From the NCBI RefSeq assembly GCF_018977255.1, contig NW_024704772.1, positions 558,001 to 622,000 of the forward strand: a DNA stretch of 64,000 bases. Direction: 5' to 3'. Position 1 is the first letter of the stretch; each line of letters begins with the position of its first letter. This stretch comes from Callorhinchus milii (Eukaryota). The notes below the pieces were generated by a model that made no database searches, had not been told where the DNA came from, and saw nothing but the letters and a program-made list of their open reading frames with translations. Positions 13,906-28,000 of the stretch are shown one piece after another. The translations under genes and the position numbers were made by a program.

Positions 13906-16900
13906 ACGATGATAGAAGATAGTGCAGGACTTACTCGTGACCCTTTCAACCCAAGGATTGGGCTACAGAGAAGAAATCAAAGGTTGAAGTTTGGCAACTC
14001 TTTGCCCCCCCCCCCCCCCACCTCTGCCCCTGTGCAGACATCCCAAACTGAATAAAGGCAGAACAGTTTCTACTTTTAAAAACGCCCATTTCTCATCAAA
14101 AGTGCAGTGTATTAATGTAAATTACCAACCAAAACAAACTATTAGACCCTGCAACGAACTATTCAGTTTCTGAAACGCTACTCAGAAGCTTCCCCACTCC
14201 CCTGCCTTACAGGAAAATTATACGGATCTTCTCTGTGAGCGTGCGCGAATACCGTGGCAGCAAATAACTTCTGCAATAAGAGGCTGCTGGCTTGGTTAAT
14301 CACTATTCTGGCAGCATCTCGGGGCAGAAACTGATATTGCTGCAGCATCTGGTCTGAAATTTTTGGGACGTCCATCTTCTGCTCATCCCGGCCAGCCCCC
14401 CGTTTCCTCAATGGAAGGAAATACCACCTGTTCTCCCTTCCTCTCTATCGCTCCCTCCCCCCCCCCCCCCGACCCTTTATATAGGGGAGTATCATATCAA
14501 TTGTCCTGATATTGCAGCTTATTAAGCAATCAAGTCCCGATTTGTTATTTCGCCAACAAATTTCACACAAAGTTTGAAGTTTTACATTGAAACATTTGAG
14601 CCATCGAGGACAGGATTGTCAAAGGCACCAGGGATTTTAAAAGCCTTACGGAGCATAGTGATTTTTAAGTCTGTGGTAAATATAGTGATGCTGTTTGTAA
14701 TCTGTTTTTATGCCACATGTGTGAGCTGACTCAGTAGCATTTGGTGACTTCTGGCAAGGTTAGCCTGATCGGTTCAGTAACAGAACTTCTGGACTCTGAT
14801 CCAGTCTAAACACGCCTCTGAAAAGTCATGACTCATGTAACGTGATACTGGATAATGTTGTCAGCTATCAGCTTGGATCCCAGGATCAGAGCAAGACATT
14901 GTACTCTAGGAGGGAGAAACTCCCTTTCCAAACTCAGACTGCAGAAGCCACCCTCCCTATCGAGACATTGCTGTTAGTGGCAATAAAAACTATGGCCCAG
15001 ATTTCTCATCTTCCAAACTAAATGACACAGAACTCCAGCTGATCTGGGATCATGAGATATCTGCTTCTTCTTTGCCAAGAAATCGTCACTATGTCAATGG
15101 AGTCAAAGACGCATGTGGTGTAAGCTTTTGGCTGTGGCAATTCAGTGATGAGAGCTGGAGTTGAGCCACGAATTTCAATAGAAACGAGTGAAAATTATGG
15201 TCCACCAAAAGATCCTCCTCCCCCTCTAATCTGGAACACTTGCTGATTACAAACCCTGGCTTTACAGAGTGAAGTATATTTGTGACTGGGAAATCTGGTG
15301 AAACGGTGTGTCATGTGGATGGACGGGTGTGTAGGGTGTGATCCACGATAGCTCAGTAGCTGGATAGTGAGTTGCATAGTTTGGACATCTAAGAGCAGTA
15401 ATGCAGAGCCCTGGGGGAATAATCCGTAAGGTCAGGGAGGATAAATTATGCAACTTAAAGGGGGGGGGAGGCAGGCAGAGGGAGAGTGTGTCACCACTAT
15501 TATATTTAATGGCTTCTAAATTTATGCTTAGTCGTGGGGAGGTGTGTGGAGAGAAATTGTGCCTATCCCACATTACAGATAGACAAAGCCACCAGTCACA
15601 TTAAGAGACAGTGGTCAAACATACTTGCACACGTCTTGAAGACACACATCTACAGACACTTTTAAAAATACCCTTCGTTGTGTTTGTTTTCCCCTCAAAA
15701 AAAAAATCGAGTCCCCTCATATGTTCTGTGCTTCAGATAATCGAGTCCTGTAACATGCCTGCCTCTATGATCTCCTCCCACATCCAGTGCCATTCAATTA
15801 GTGTTATATCTGTATCTTGCTCCTTGTTGACTCACATGACTTGTGTGCAGTGGTTGCTTAATGTAACTTGCAGATATACATATGTATGATGTGGAGTAAT
15901 CATTTTGTATCACAAATGGACATCGGAACATAGAAGTGCCAATACTTGTGTCTTCACCAAGATAAGTAACCGTTTCTCAGTGTGTGTTTACTCTTGGTAC
16001 CCTACAGCTAACTTAGCCACAAACTAGTCTACACCCATAGTTGAAGATTTTCATGCATATCGCAAATAGTGAAATGCTAAAGGCATTTTAGCCGCTTGAT
16101 ATGAGGAAGCTTCTGCGAGGACAATATTGTGACGTTAACTGTGTTGTTTCCAGTACTTCCTCCCAAAAGGCTTTGTGGGGTACATTTTAAATTTGTGTTG
16201 CATTGTTTAAGAACTCTCACTTAAAGGCGCTCAGCTCATGGAGAAACCATTTAAAATGTCTTCTCGTTCCCCCACCCACATCAACTCCTCTCCCAATAAT
16301 GTGCTTTTCAAATAGCTGTAAAGATCAGCCTCTGTTTACACAATGTACATGTTTATGGGAGCCTTCATCCCCTGTTGCTGTTCTGCCACAATTTGTACAG
16401 TTTTGTCACAGCTGCAATTAAAATGCAAGCTTGGTGCAATTCTTAAAAGTCGCTTGTCTGAACGTCAGTATTTCAGCATGTTTTGAGTTGTTCGCTGGTC
16501 CTAAAAGAACAAGACCGAGAAGTTTTTTCCCCCAAAAAAACCCCCAAGGCCATGAATTCTTCTCGCTTTGCTCAACGATCGACGAGCAATAAATGGTTAA
16601 GTTTCATTCCAATAGGATGTAGGTACCCCCGACCCCAACACACACACACATATATATTCACCATCAGAAAAAGAAATACAATCCAAACTGCTCCAGTATA
16701 AAGTACGTTTGTCACTTTATGCAGTGCCAACTTTATTGGATCCAAAATTTGGGATGTGTTGGCTGCTCCAATGGAAAGGAGCTGCTAACGGTTGCATCTG
16801 ACTGGCTCAGTCAATCAATTACGTACACATTTTGATTTTTTAAAAAATATTAACCTTGGTATTGGACTTGTAAAAAAAATATATATACACACATTGATTT

Positions 16901-16955
16901 TAAAAAAAGTGAATGTGAAGCAACATTAAAAGTTTTAAAAAATTGCAAGTGGAAA
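13906..16955 (+). other. Probable long 3' UTR of the Ras gene
   Basis: About 3 kb with no recognisable SINE; AATAAA near 14051 and 14982; ATTAAA at 16925-16930 followed by a GT-rich tract. Confidence 0.45.
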
Positions 16956-18817
16956 CAAAGGCACTGTGTTTGGTCTAATTCACTGTTCTACATCAAGCAA
17001 CAATGTTATCAAGACATGGAAATAGCCTGAAGCAAGTTATTGTCGAGCTCAGATAATAACAGCATTTGATATAGCGCCTCATCACATCTTCGAGACGTCT
17101 CAAAGCACTTTGCAGGATACACCGTAAAGTGAATTGACTGTATATATTGTGTGGGCGAAACGCAGCAGCCAGTTTGCACACAGCAGCGTCCCACGAACAG
17201 GCGTAGAGCGAGCGACCAGTTTTATTTGGGAGATTGTTGGCTAGGACACCGGGGGAAGACAGAAACCAACTTACTTCTATTTTTAAGGCTGAAAATGGGA
17301 GCTACTCACCCTTTGCGATAACTTTATTCCTCTGGTCTTTCGCCTTTCAATTCCCAGCTTGATTGATGGTCTCAGACTTTTTGCGGCTCGTCTCGATTCC
17401 TCTTTCTCTCTATCTCTCTCCTGTCAATTGCCTCGTCTTCTATCCCACTCATTCTATTTTAGAATTTGTTGCATTTGTGGCTTCCCTCTCTTAGGATTTG
17501 TGACGAACGTCAACTTGCCAGGATCTCAGCCACAGTTAAGTCTATCCTAAGACACTTGACTTGGGTTTTCAACCAAACCTTTAAAAAAAAAGGAATCTCA
17601 CCCCACCCCTCCAAATTAGAGGAGTGGATCCCACCTCAATGGGTGCACTTACCTGTAAGATTTTACAAGAACGGGGGAAGTGGGATTAGTTGGTAGCTTT
17701 CAGAGAACCTGCATGGGCATGAGGGGCCGAATGGCCTCATTCTGTACTGCAAGTTTCTATGATTCTGCAGTGTCAGCTAGTCAGGGGTAGGACAAACTCT
17801 CATCCCACCCTAATAAGCCAGTGCCGTGGTTTTGAATCATTGACCCACACTGTCCTGAAAATAAAAAAAACATTTGTTCCCATCGAATCCGTTCCACATA
17901 AAAAACGTGTCCAACTGACACAGCAAGACACTTAGGACACAGAATCTTTGCTCTTCTGCAAAGCCGAATCAGTTTGGTTCGCCTCCTCTTGAACCAGACA
18001 ACTTTTAAAAAAAAGTAAGTAGCTTCTCTGCCTGCTTAAACTGTTAGCTTTAATGTCAATCAGAAAACCGACCAGATTGTGCAATTAAAACTTTGAATAA
18101 AACAAATGGGTTCTCTAGATCGCTAAACGTTTCCCTATCTACTCTATACAAACACCTGCACAAACACACTGATAATCCGTCTGTGAATTTGGGCTGGAAC
18201 AATGAAAAGACACCACCCATCAAACAAGACGTCAAAATCTAAATGGTAACTTTCCTGATAGCTCACTGGGTGAACTCAGGTTTACTTTGTACAGAAACAG
18301 ACTACATTGCAGCCTAGATTGATATGTCAAAGCCAGGTCTGCAGATTGACAAACGGATACACAAATAAACAAGCATGGATCTGCCTCAAGAACAAACTAT
18401 GGACACATGTAAATGGTTCAGTGCCAGCAACTGTTCTATTAATCTCGTTGGGTTTTGCCTAAGAAACAGGGGAGAAAAAAATATTTTTAAGAGTCTTATG
18501 CAATGTGTATGTAAATAGGGTACATGGTGAGAGATAGAATTTGAATAGAATTCTATTCCTGGGTTTCAGCACCAAGCAGAATATAAACCGATAATGCAGG
18601 TAAATGATACGCTAGAGATTTGGTTATTCACTGAAGGGGATGTCCAAAAGGCTCGAGAGTCTAGCATTCTGAAGAGCCGATCACCAATCTCCAGTTCTGC
18701 CTCTCTGAGCGTTGCTGAACGACATAGTCCAAACGGGAAAGCGTGAAAATAAATGAAATTAAAAAAATTATATATATTATATATATAAATAAATAAAGGA
18801 ACCATAACAACCCTGGT

Positions 18818-19064
18818 TTAAACAGGTGGAGGAGCTCCATGTCTCAACCTAATCTGAGGGCAGAGAATCGCCTTTAAGATTGACCAGACATTGCCATCAG
18901 CAAACGTTGGGAAGAAGTGCTTCTGGCAGCACATGGGGATAAAGGAGAGCAAGTTGATAAACGTCACAAATATCAAGGTTAGAACCACCATAAAGCAGAT
19001 GAGACGTGCATTGTTAACGGCCTGAGAATAAAACCCAGCCAGCAGCTCGGATACGTCTTCAAAC
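18818..19064 (-). CDS. KASH5: KASH5-like last exon: TM helix and luminal KASH peptide
   Basis: ctttgtag|G FEDVSELLAGFYSQAVNNARLICFMVVLTLIFVTFINLLSFIPMCCQKHFFPTFADGNVWSILKAILCPQIRLRHGAPPPV*. Confidence 0.92.
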
Positions 19065-22000
19065 CTACAAAGTAAAAAAGAATAAATGAGATGACCATTT
19101 TAAACAACATTTTAGGACTACACTCTAGCATAGAGCATATATATTATATAATTATATATTGTATAATAATAATCCTTGCATTTTAATACAACACCGTATC
19201 ACGTCGTTGAGACGTCTCAAAGCGCTTCACAGAATATATTGTAAAGTGAAATGACTATTTTGTGGGTGAAACATAAAAACATCTATCTTAAGCTCTAATT
19301 ATAACAATAGTTTTGCTATGCATGGGCAAGATAATAACTCTGAAGATTCAAAGACTGTCACTGGCCTATTCCTCAGATCAAATAACAAATGCAGTGCAAC
19401 ACTTATCATGTACACTGCCCACAGTTCAGTAATTCACTGCAGATTATTCACTAATACATAGCAACAAGCCTTGCATTTTACACAGCGCTTTTTCACATGG
19501 GGAAGATGACTCAAAGCACTCCCAGGATTTACTGTAAAGTGTAGGGACTGCATGTTTTTATAGGTGAACAGAAGAACCCAAATACTGTAGTAATAATAAT
19601 TACCCTTGGGTCTGGGGTATGTGTCCCACCCTAACTGTCCTTTTCCGTGGGACATGATGAAGACCAGACAGTTGGGGGTGTTTCATCTGCACCCTGTTGA
19701 AATGGGGGGGAAATAAATTTAAATTAGGTATAATTCGGATCATCCCACACAGGTTGAATTGGTTCTGAACCACCGGAGGCATACATTATTCTAACAAGAG
19801 CTGTAATATGGCGGTCAGCATTATAAAAGTAATCTCTGCAGCAAAAGATGCAATAGCATGTTAACCTAAACAGATAAATGTGCTTTTTACCAGTGAACCC
19901 ACAAATGGGTAATGCAACAGTACACACTTACCTCATTCTTTCAACTCCTTCACAATTATCTGCCCATTTACAAAGGTTCCCTCCACCACACTTCGGGGTA
20001 ATTTTGGAGTAGGGTTAGGGTTTGCTGTACATCCAATGGCTGCGTAAACTGATAAGTAAATCTATTCAAACACTTACTCCTCCGCTGTTCCCGGCCCTGC
20101 TGATTGTGGCTGCACAACATTCCATCCCACATACTGCTGAAATGAAACAAGATTTAGACGTCATCAGTCAAGGGAACACACAGGCAATCCTGGACAGTTG
20201 TGTGTGAACTACAAATAGGATTCTGGACAACTTTTGAGTGAAATCGCACAGGGTTCAGAAGACATGATAAAACATTGTCATCAGGACAGAACTGGAACGG
20301 TACTTGTTCTGGATAGACACAAATAAGAAGCTGGTTATTCTAATCAAATGAGCCAAAGAGTCAAACTCCTCTGAACCTCTCTTGTGATCTGAATCACAAG
20401 ATAGGCTTGAAATCCTTTCCGAGTGCACGTGCAGAAACATTCCCTTTGTTCACTGCCGGCGTCTCACCTTTATGTTGTCTCCAGTGCCTTCAAAATGAGA
20501 AATAGATGACTTTTCATAGTAGGGTACTAGTGCACGTGCTGAAAAACAACAAGATCTGGTTTTAAAAAAAAGCTTGTGGTTCATGCATAAAGAGTAAGTC
20601 CTTGAGCTAGGTACAGGAAAGTGATAAACTGTACAATACTGCATGATTTTGGAAAGCTTATTCTACCAACCAACATTACAGTATATTACAATTATAGTAT
20701 AACCAACAGTTCTAGGGGAACACAACTACATCAGCCTACCACTCGATGTGCAATTTGGTTTGATAATAACAGGCTCCACAGCCAAGAACATGCAACTAGG
20801 CACAATCTAATTATCTGCTGTTACCACTAAGCAAGTGACTTTGTTACCCATACAAAGCTAGGCTTACGGTTTTTGAGTCACATTTGTACAATGACAATAT
20901 CTGTACAAGTCCGTCAAGTCCTGTGTTATTGAAGAGTTACCAGCATTTCCACAGTTGGGAGGGATTTCGTTCATCCATTTATTGCAATGTTGGATGATTA
21001 TCAAAATACTCTCAAGTTCCTCAAATTCTCTCTCATGGATGTATTTGGTATTGCTGATGTATTCCATCATCGTATTTCTCTTGACAGCGAAATTCTCCTA
21101 TAATGTGAAGAAAACACACTCAACTCAGGCTGTGTGCGTTGTTACTGGAACTCAATACAGTATTAATAATAATAATCCTTGCATTTGATATAGCGCTTTT
21201 CACGTCGGGAGGACGTCCCAAAGCGCTTCACAGAAAACACTGTAAAGTGAATTGACTGCATATTTGTGGGCGAACGCGGCAGCCAATTGCGCACAGCAAT
21301 GTCCCACAAACAGTCGTAGATTGAAAATGACCAATTTATTATTGTTTTTGGAGGGATTATTATTAGGTGTGTGGAGTAAGGAAACTTGCCCAAGGTTTGG
21401 CCCTCTGCCTGAAATTGAACTCAGGTCTCTCACTCACTTGTATTAATCAAGGCTGAACTACAAATGAGACATATTGACATCTTTCTCTAAGGGGGAGGAA
21501 TAATCTGCTGTTACAGTTGACTGCACTTTGTGTTAACTCACTATGGTTTAAAATGAGACCATTTTAAAATCTGGCAGAGTTAAAATATTCCAAAACACTG
21601 GATATTAAGCAGAGCAGCCAGACAACATTTAACAACATAGGAACAGGAGTAGGCTATTCAGCTCCTTGAGCCTGTTCTGCAATAAGATGGTTGATCTGTC
21701 CCTCAACTCCAATTACCCACCTTTGCCCCATATCTCTGGATACCCTGATCTAACAAATATCTATCCACCTCAAGCAAAGTTATTTAACGGTTTTCCATTC
21801 AATCACACTTTTGCAATAAACCTTCATTTAAAAAAGTGGGATTGCATTAATTTTATACAATTGATTAGCCACTAGATCAATCTAAATATGCAAGTTACTG
21901 TCAGAATTCTATAGAATCTGGAACCACAGATTATTTAAGCACTACCAGTATAATAGGGCTCTAGGCACTTACTACGGACTATATTTTACTTACACTGTAG

Positions 22001-25000
22001 CCCCAATACATGTCTTCTTCCGAAACCAGCTCCTTATACAGTCGCTCAAGACTTCCTGATCAATAGGAAAAAAATTGCATCTGAAGTAAAAGCACTGCCA
22101 AAACACATCAATGGGAATAACTAAAATTGGGCAAAATGTGTATATTATATTTTTTCAAAATGCATCATTCAAGAGATCAGAGGCTTAAATTACCTTATAA
22201 TGTAAGGTGTAGGGCAAATGCAAGGTGAGAATACACTGCGTTGTGAAACATTTTGCACACAGAAACACTCGCGTGATAAAGGGTTCCAATGTTTTACAGT
22301 GCTTCAGTCGGAACTTAATGAGTTCAATATTAATAGTGCCTAGGTATCCACTACACTCTCTCTACATAAGCATAAGCTATAGATAGCATCATTATTCTAT
22401 TCCCAAAGTCCAGTCACGTACTTTGTTGCTGACAAAGGCTGCGACTCAAACCGTGCCATGCTTTCTGAAGCTGTACTGCCACCGAGCCGAGGGAACATCT
22501 TGCTCTGTTCTCCTTCAGTGTCGTTTCCCCAAGACAAAAAGGGCAATGCTCTGATGGTACGTCAAACCTGAGCTGCTGCTGGGGAAAGGTAACGGTCAGT
22601 GTAACAGGACTGGTAGCGCTTAGCACCAAACAGCAGAGGTAGCACATGCTAACAGACCAGGCTTGAGACAACCATTCCCATTCAGTAGTCTAGATATTAA
22701 CCCAGCAAATCTAGACAGTTTTCTGATTCATGAGGAACTGCATATCAAGCAACCCATCATATGAATATTACCTGCAGTTCTGTTTGAGTTGCTTGCTCTG
22801 CCACAGTAGTTATTGAAATAGTTTGCTGCACACAGCTCCGAGTCTCCATGATCACTCTGGCAGTTTCTCTTTCCCGCCTGTCAACTCTGGCCTCCGTAAT
22901 TCTCTGACTATTCGGACTTCCCTGGCTTGCCGCTCTCGGAAGCTGCGTCTCTCTAAATAGTCTTCCAGCAGCGCTCAACTCTTCACTGGACTCTTCCTCA
23001 GTGACAGACCTGCCATTCCATTTCAATTTTCTGAGATAGGGCACAGGACTGCCTCGCTCCTCAGGCAATGGGTGTTCAACCTGACCTAGAACCTCCTCCA
23101 AACCATTTCTGAAAGCCAAGAAATGCATCCAAAAAAGAAAAAACAGTTTACATCCTGTTATATCCTCACCAGCTTTGTGAGAGAAGTGCAGCCTGCCTCG
23201 CCCTTCATTCCTGAGGTGAAGAGACCAGACCTCACCAGGCACCACATTGCCATACTCAACAAGATTTATCTCTGCTCTTAGGCACAAAACTGTGTCCTAC
23301 TCTTCATTTACACAAGGGACAACAACTTCTCACAGAAGGTGGTCAAATGGAAGAGGACACAAGCGCTCTGGGACACTGCCCACGTAAAGGGCCCTGTACA
23401 AATGCAAGTTGTTGTTTTATAGCACAATGTACTTATAAGTGAAACTACAAAACAGTGAAATCTGGAGTATTAGAGAAAAATGTGAAATGAAAATAAAATA
23501 CAAGTGCCTGACTTTCCTACAAATTAAATATAATACATCCATAATTGCTGCACCTTAGGCTAACCCAGATAGGTACCTGAAGTGTGGATGTCGTTCTGTA
23601 TGATGGCAGTCCTGTGCAATTGCCCTCAACTCTGCAGCTAATTTACTTTTGTACATGTCCCAGATGATCTTAGTGTGAAACAAGCAGCTGATTTTCTGCA
23701 GAAATATTTTTATCTCCTCTTCAAATTCTTTTTGTAGTACCTGCTTGTAACAGAAAAAGGTTTCTGTTGATAATCAGGAAGCAAAACAACTTTAGCAATT
23801 CTAAAATAGATACATCAGTTTGTCAGCTTTAATACCCAATTGTTATTCCTGGTTCCAAGCTTTCCCAGGATTGGAAGGCAGAACAATCAGCTCCCTAAGA
23901 GTCAGAAGCAAACAGTTTCCCTGACTAAAGCAACCGGATCTACTCAGACACACACAGGGATCTTCAGAGGAAGGGTCCAGGGGATCTTCAAACCACATTG
24001 ATTTGTGGTCAATACTATAATTTCCTCTAAGCATGCATTTTGCTTGAGTAATGCACAGCTGTATGTAAATAGGTCAAACTGAGAAGTTAGTTTTGGGAGA
24101 CATTGCTGTTCCAGCATTCAGCTGGTTCCCAATGAGTTGTTTATTTGCTGACAATGGGGGTCTGATTTGAGGTTGTGTAAAGGGGGGCTCCAGGCGGAAA
24201 CCGATCCATGGGAACATCATTCTTCCAGAACAGAGTTCATGCAGGTGGCTAGGATTTATAACAGGATTAGGGATTAAGGAATATTAAGAAATGCCATTAA
24301 GAAATAACCTAAATTAGACTCTAATATTCTTAATTCATAAGTACCAAAGTGCAGGCTTATGAAATAGACCAGAGCAAGATTATGCTGTGGATCTGAGAGG
24401 GAAACAAGTCAGATAACAAAGCATTCATCGCATTTCTAAACCTAGTTAACAACTGATGTTAGTGCTCCCTTTGCCATGGAAACCTGCCTCAGGTGTTCTG
24501 GTCATCTCTCTGGCGCTAGAGACGTCAGCAAATTGCTTGATGCGAATCATCAAAGCTTCCATCTCCTGCTTAAACTTGCGTGCCTGGAATCAATAGAAAC
24601 ACAACATGAGATCATTCTCCTTCACACACGGTGAGACGGAAATGCTTGCTGTCACTAAAGCATTAAATTAGAACCAGCACCTGCATGTGCAAACTCAAAT
24701 GATGTAAATAAATCAAAAGGAATGAAAGACCTCTAATAATTGGGAAAAATCAAAATGCTTCATTTCTTTGCAAAGTTTAACATCTACGCAAATGTAAGCA
24801 GCCTCCTGTAAATAATGTCAACCATGAGGTCTGAAATGTGACCATTTTCTTTTAACTAACTTACTAGTTCCTGGGTGATTGTCTGAAAATCCATCCAATT
24901 TAGCTGAGAGCACATGTGACCTAGAAGGTCTTCGATTTGTTGAGCTGAGTCACTGAGTGGCATCATACCACATAGCGGTGTGGGTAGGTTATCCACAGCC

Positions 25001-28000
25001 AAGCTGGTCTTCTGCCAAGGGAAAGAGAAATATCACTGCTGTTGTGGTGTAATAATAATCCTTTCATTTGATAGAGTGGCTTATCATGTCTTCTAGACAT
25101 CTCAAAGCGCTTCACAGAATATACTGTACACCAAGCTTGCAGTTATATAGCGCCTCTCATGCAGGGCAGGGTCCCAGGGCGCTAAAGTGAATTGATTGTA
25201 TATTTTGTGGGTGAAACGCGGCAGCCTATTGGGCGTAGCAGTATCCCACAAACAGCCGTTGCCAAATTATTATTATTCGCCAATCGACTAACATCGGGGT
25301 TCCTACTTACTGTTAGGTAAACAGACGTGTAGAGTACGGAAACTTGCACAATGTTTTGCCCTGCACAGCAATCGAACCCAGGTCCTCTTAATCACGAGTG
25401 CTCTAACCACTACGCTACATGACTCCAAAATGTAGCATGTAATATTAGCAGTAAGTCTTCAAACAGTTACATCATTCTTCAGTTTTACTCATTCAACTAT
25501 TGTCAACTGGGAAAGATGGTTGGAACACAGCTTATCCTGCTAAATGTCCTTAACGGCCAAGATGAATCCTACCTGCTGAACCTGCTCTATTTCTAGTTGC
25601 AACGAGTGTTGTTGTGGGGCTCTAATAGGAACAGAGGAGTTCTCTGACTCTACACGCTGGGGGCCACAGCCTCTGCCAGAAAACAGGAGGGGGGGGGAAA
25701 ATATAAACAGATTTACAGCATCATTAAATGAGTTACTGTGAGATTTGAGCAATGGTACACAATTAACTTGAGCAATCTATGTCATACCCACTGCCAGTTG
25801 GAATAAGCAGCATTTTACACTTGACATTTATATTGCCAATGTTTAATCTGTGCCATTACTTTATAGAGGGCAGGGCAGACTTGCTGACGTCAGTCAGAAT
25901 AGTAACCACACACAATCCAGTCTGAATTGCTGAGTGTTTCCTGACTCAGATGTTTGCTTACAACAGACAAAAAGCAGACCGCCTAGCTCACAAAGCCAAT
26001 CATGGGAACGTAAGGATTATGGCTAGGATCCATGGGTTGCCCCACACTGAGATTCCCACTTTTGTTCCAGTATCCTATTTAAGAGCAGTGGAGTTTGGTT
26101 GGGATAGCAAGCCCAAATTTATATGGCAATAAAAATCTGACCTTTCTTTTTACAGACATATTCTCTCTTCATACATAAACCTAGTGTGAGCGTGGGTATT
26201 TGGGCATAATCCTGCATCCTAAAGTGTTTGTTTTCAAACCGGGGTTTCTAACTAGCAAACACAAACCACTGGATGGTGATCAGAAGCAGAAACTCAGGTT
26301 GCTATCTTTGATGTAATTCATAATTTCTGTAACTACACTCTGCTCTAAACGTTCACAAATATCATAGTAATTTCTACTGCTAGAAACTACAGCATCACAA
26401 TATACACACACATACACTTTCCCATTAACCTGGATATAGAATGCATGGTTTTATAATTCCACCCACTCCCAGCTCCTAACAGATCTATGTAAGCGCCAAA
26501 GCCCCATCTGGTGGAAATTTCCATTCCTGCTTATTATAATTTACGACTTACACAGATACATCTTCACACAGTAGTGGGGGATGACACTGTAATCTGCTTA
26601 TTTCTTCTTTCAGTCCCTACGATTGGGGAGAGGGAAAAGGAGGAAGGAGAGGGGGCGGGGGAGAGAGAGTTGGAAAGAAGTGGACAAGTTAATCTTCAGT
26701 TACTCCTGATATTATCACAAAAAGGCCTAGTTCAGAACCCCACTAAGATTACTTTTCCAGCATTCACTTTACCCAAATCTACAAAGTTTGAATGAATTCC
26801 AGCTTTAGATAAAAGTTTTCACAAATTTCGTCTCCACTTTGAATTAATCTCCCCTATTTATTAAAGCCTAACAGTTCTCTCAAAGTTAATTTTTGTTGTT
26901 GTTCATTCAGCTCTGCATGTGCTAATTATAGTAGTGGCTCTGTGAGTGTGGTAGTTGAGGGCCATAGAATTCCAACCAGTGCTACAATGAGGCACGATCA
27001 CAAGTCCTCACTCACTACACATACACAAGACCTTCACATTCTAAAAAAAATTGCCAGACTTCAAGCCGTCACAGCATGTCTCTGATGACACACACATACA
27101 CACACACAGAGGTCAAGCCATTTTTAGTGCGTGAGATGACACAATCTTTTAATCTTTGTTCTAATGTATATGGCGCCCCTTGTTTCCTTTAGAAAGAAAG
27201 TTGTCTCTGGTTGTCATTTTACCTTAATGATATTACAGTATTCATCTACAGTCAATTTCAATTCCTCTGCCTGACTTGTCTTCTGCAACACAAAAGGCAC
27301 ATGACTCAGAAGCTCAAAGGCATAAACACTGGGAGGTTTATAACGGATTAGCAATTACGTTGATTTAAGTGAGTTCCCGAGTATCACAAATAACACCAAC
27401 TAATTTCTCTAATCTGCAATATAAATCATCTCCGTGCTCTGTGCTTTCCTGTCTAAGAACATCTCACCATTCACTCAAATTCTTAGTTAATGTCCTATTC
27501 TGCAAAGTTCTTTCTTTGAGCTCCATCTTAATAATAACTCACCCAAATCTTGATAAAAGCAGCACAAATTAGCCACAAAGTCACGTCCGTCAGGGTTACA
27601 ACCTTTGAAAAGACTGCATTAATTTCCTTCATATTGATGTTCTTTCACCCAGTTAATGCCAAAATATTAGGAAACTGCACAAAGTAATTGGCAGATTCAG
27701 TGTAATTACAAACATACTTGTCAGTCAAAACTTGTGTTGTTCATACATACCTCAGTCAATAACACATCTTTAGTGGAGACAAGCCTCTTGATTTCATACA
27801 TCTGATTCTATAAAACAGAATTAGCATTTTTGACACTAATAAAATAGAACACCAAATAAAATTGGTCACGCACTTCATAGTTGTTGTGGGACACTGCTGT
27901 GCGCAAACTGGTTGCCACGATTCACCCACAAAACACACAGTCAAAACCACTTTATAGGGTATCCTGTGAAGCGCTTTGAGACGTCTCAATGACATGATAA

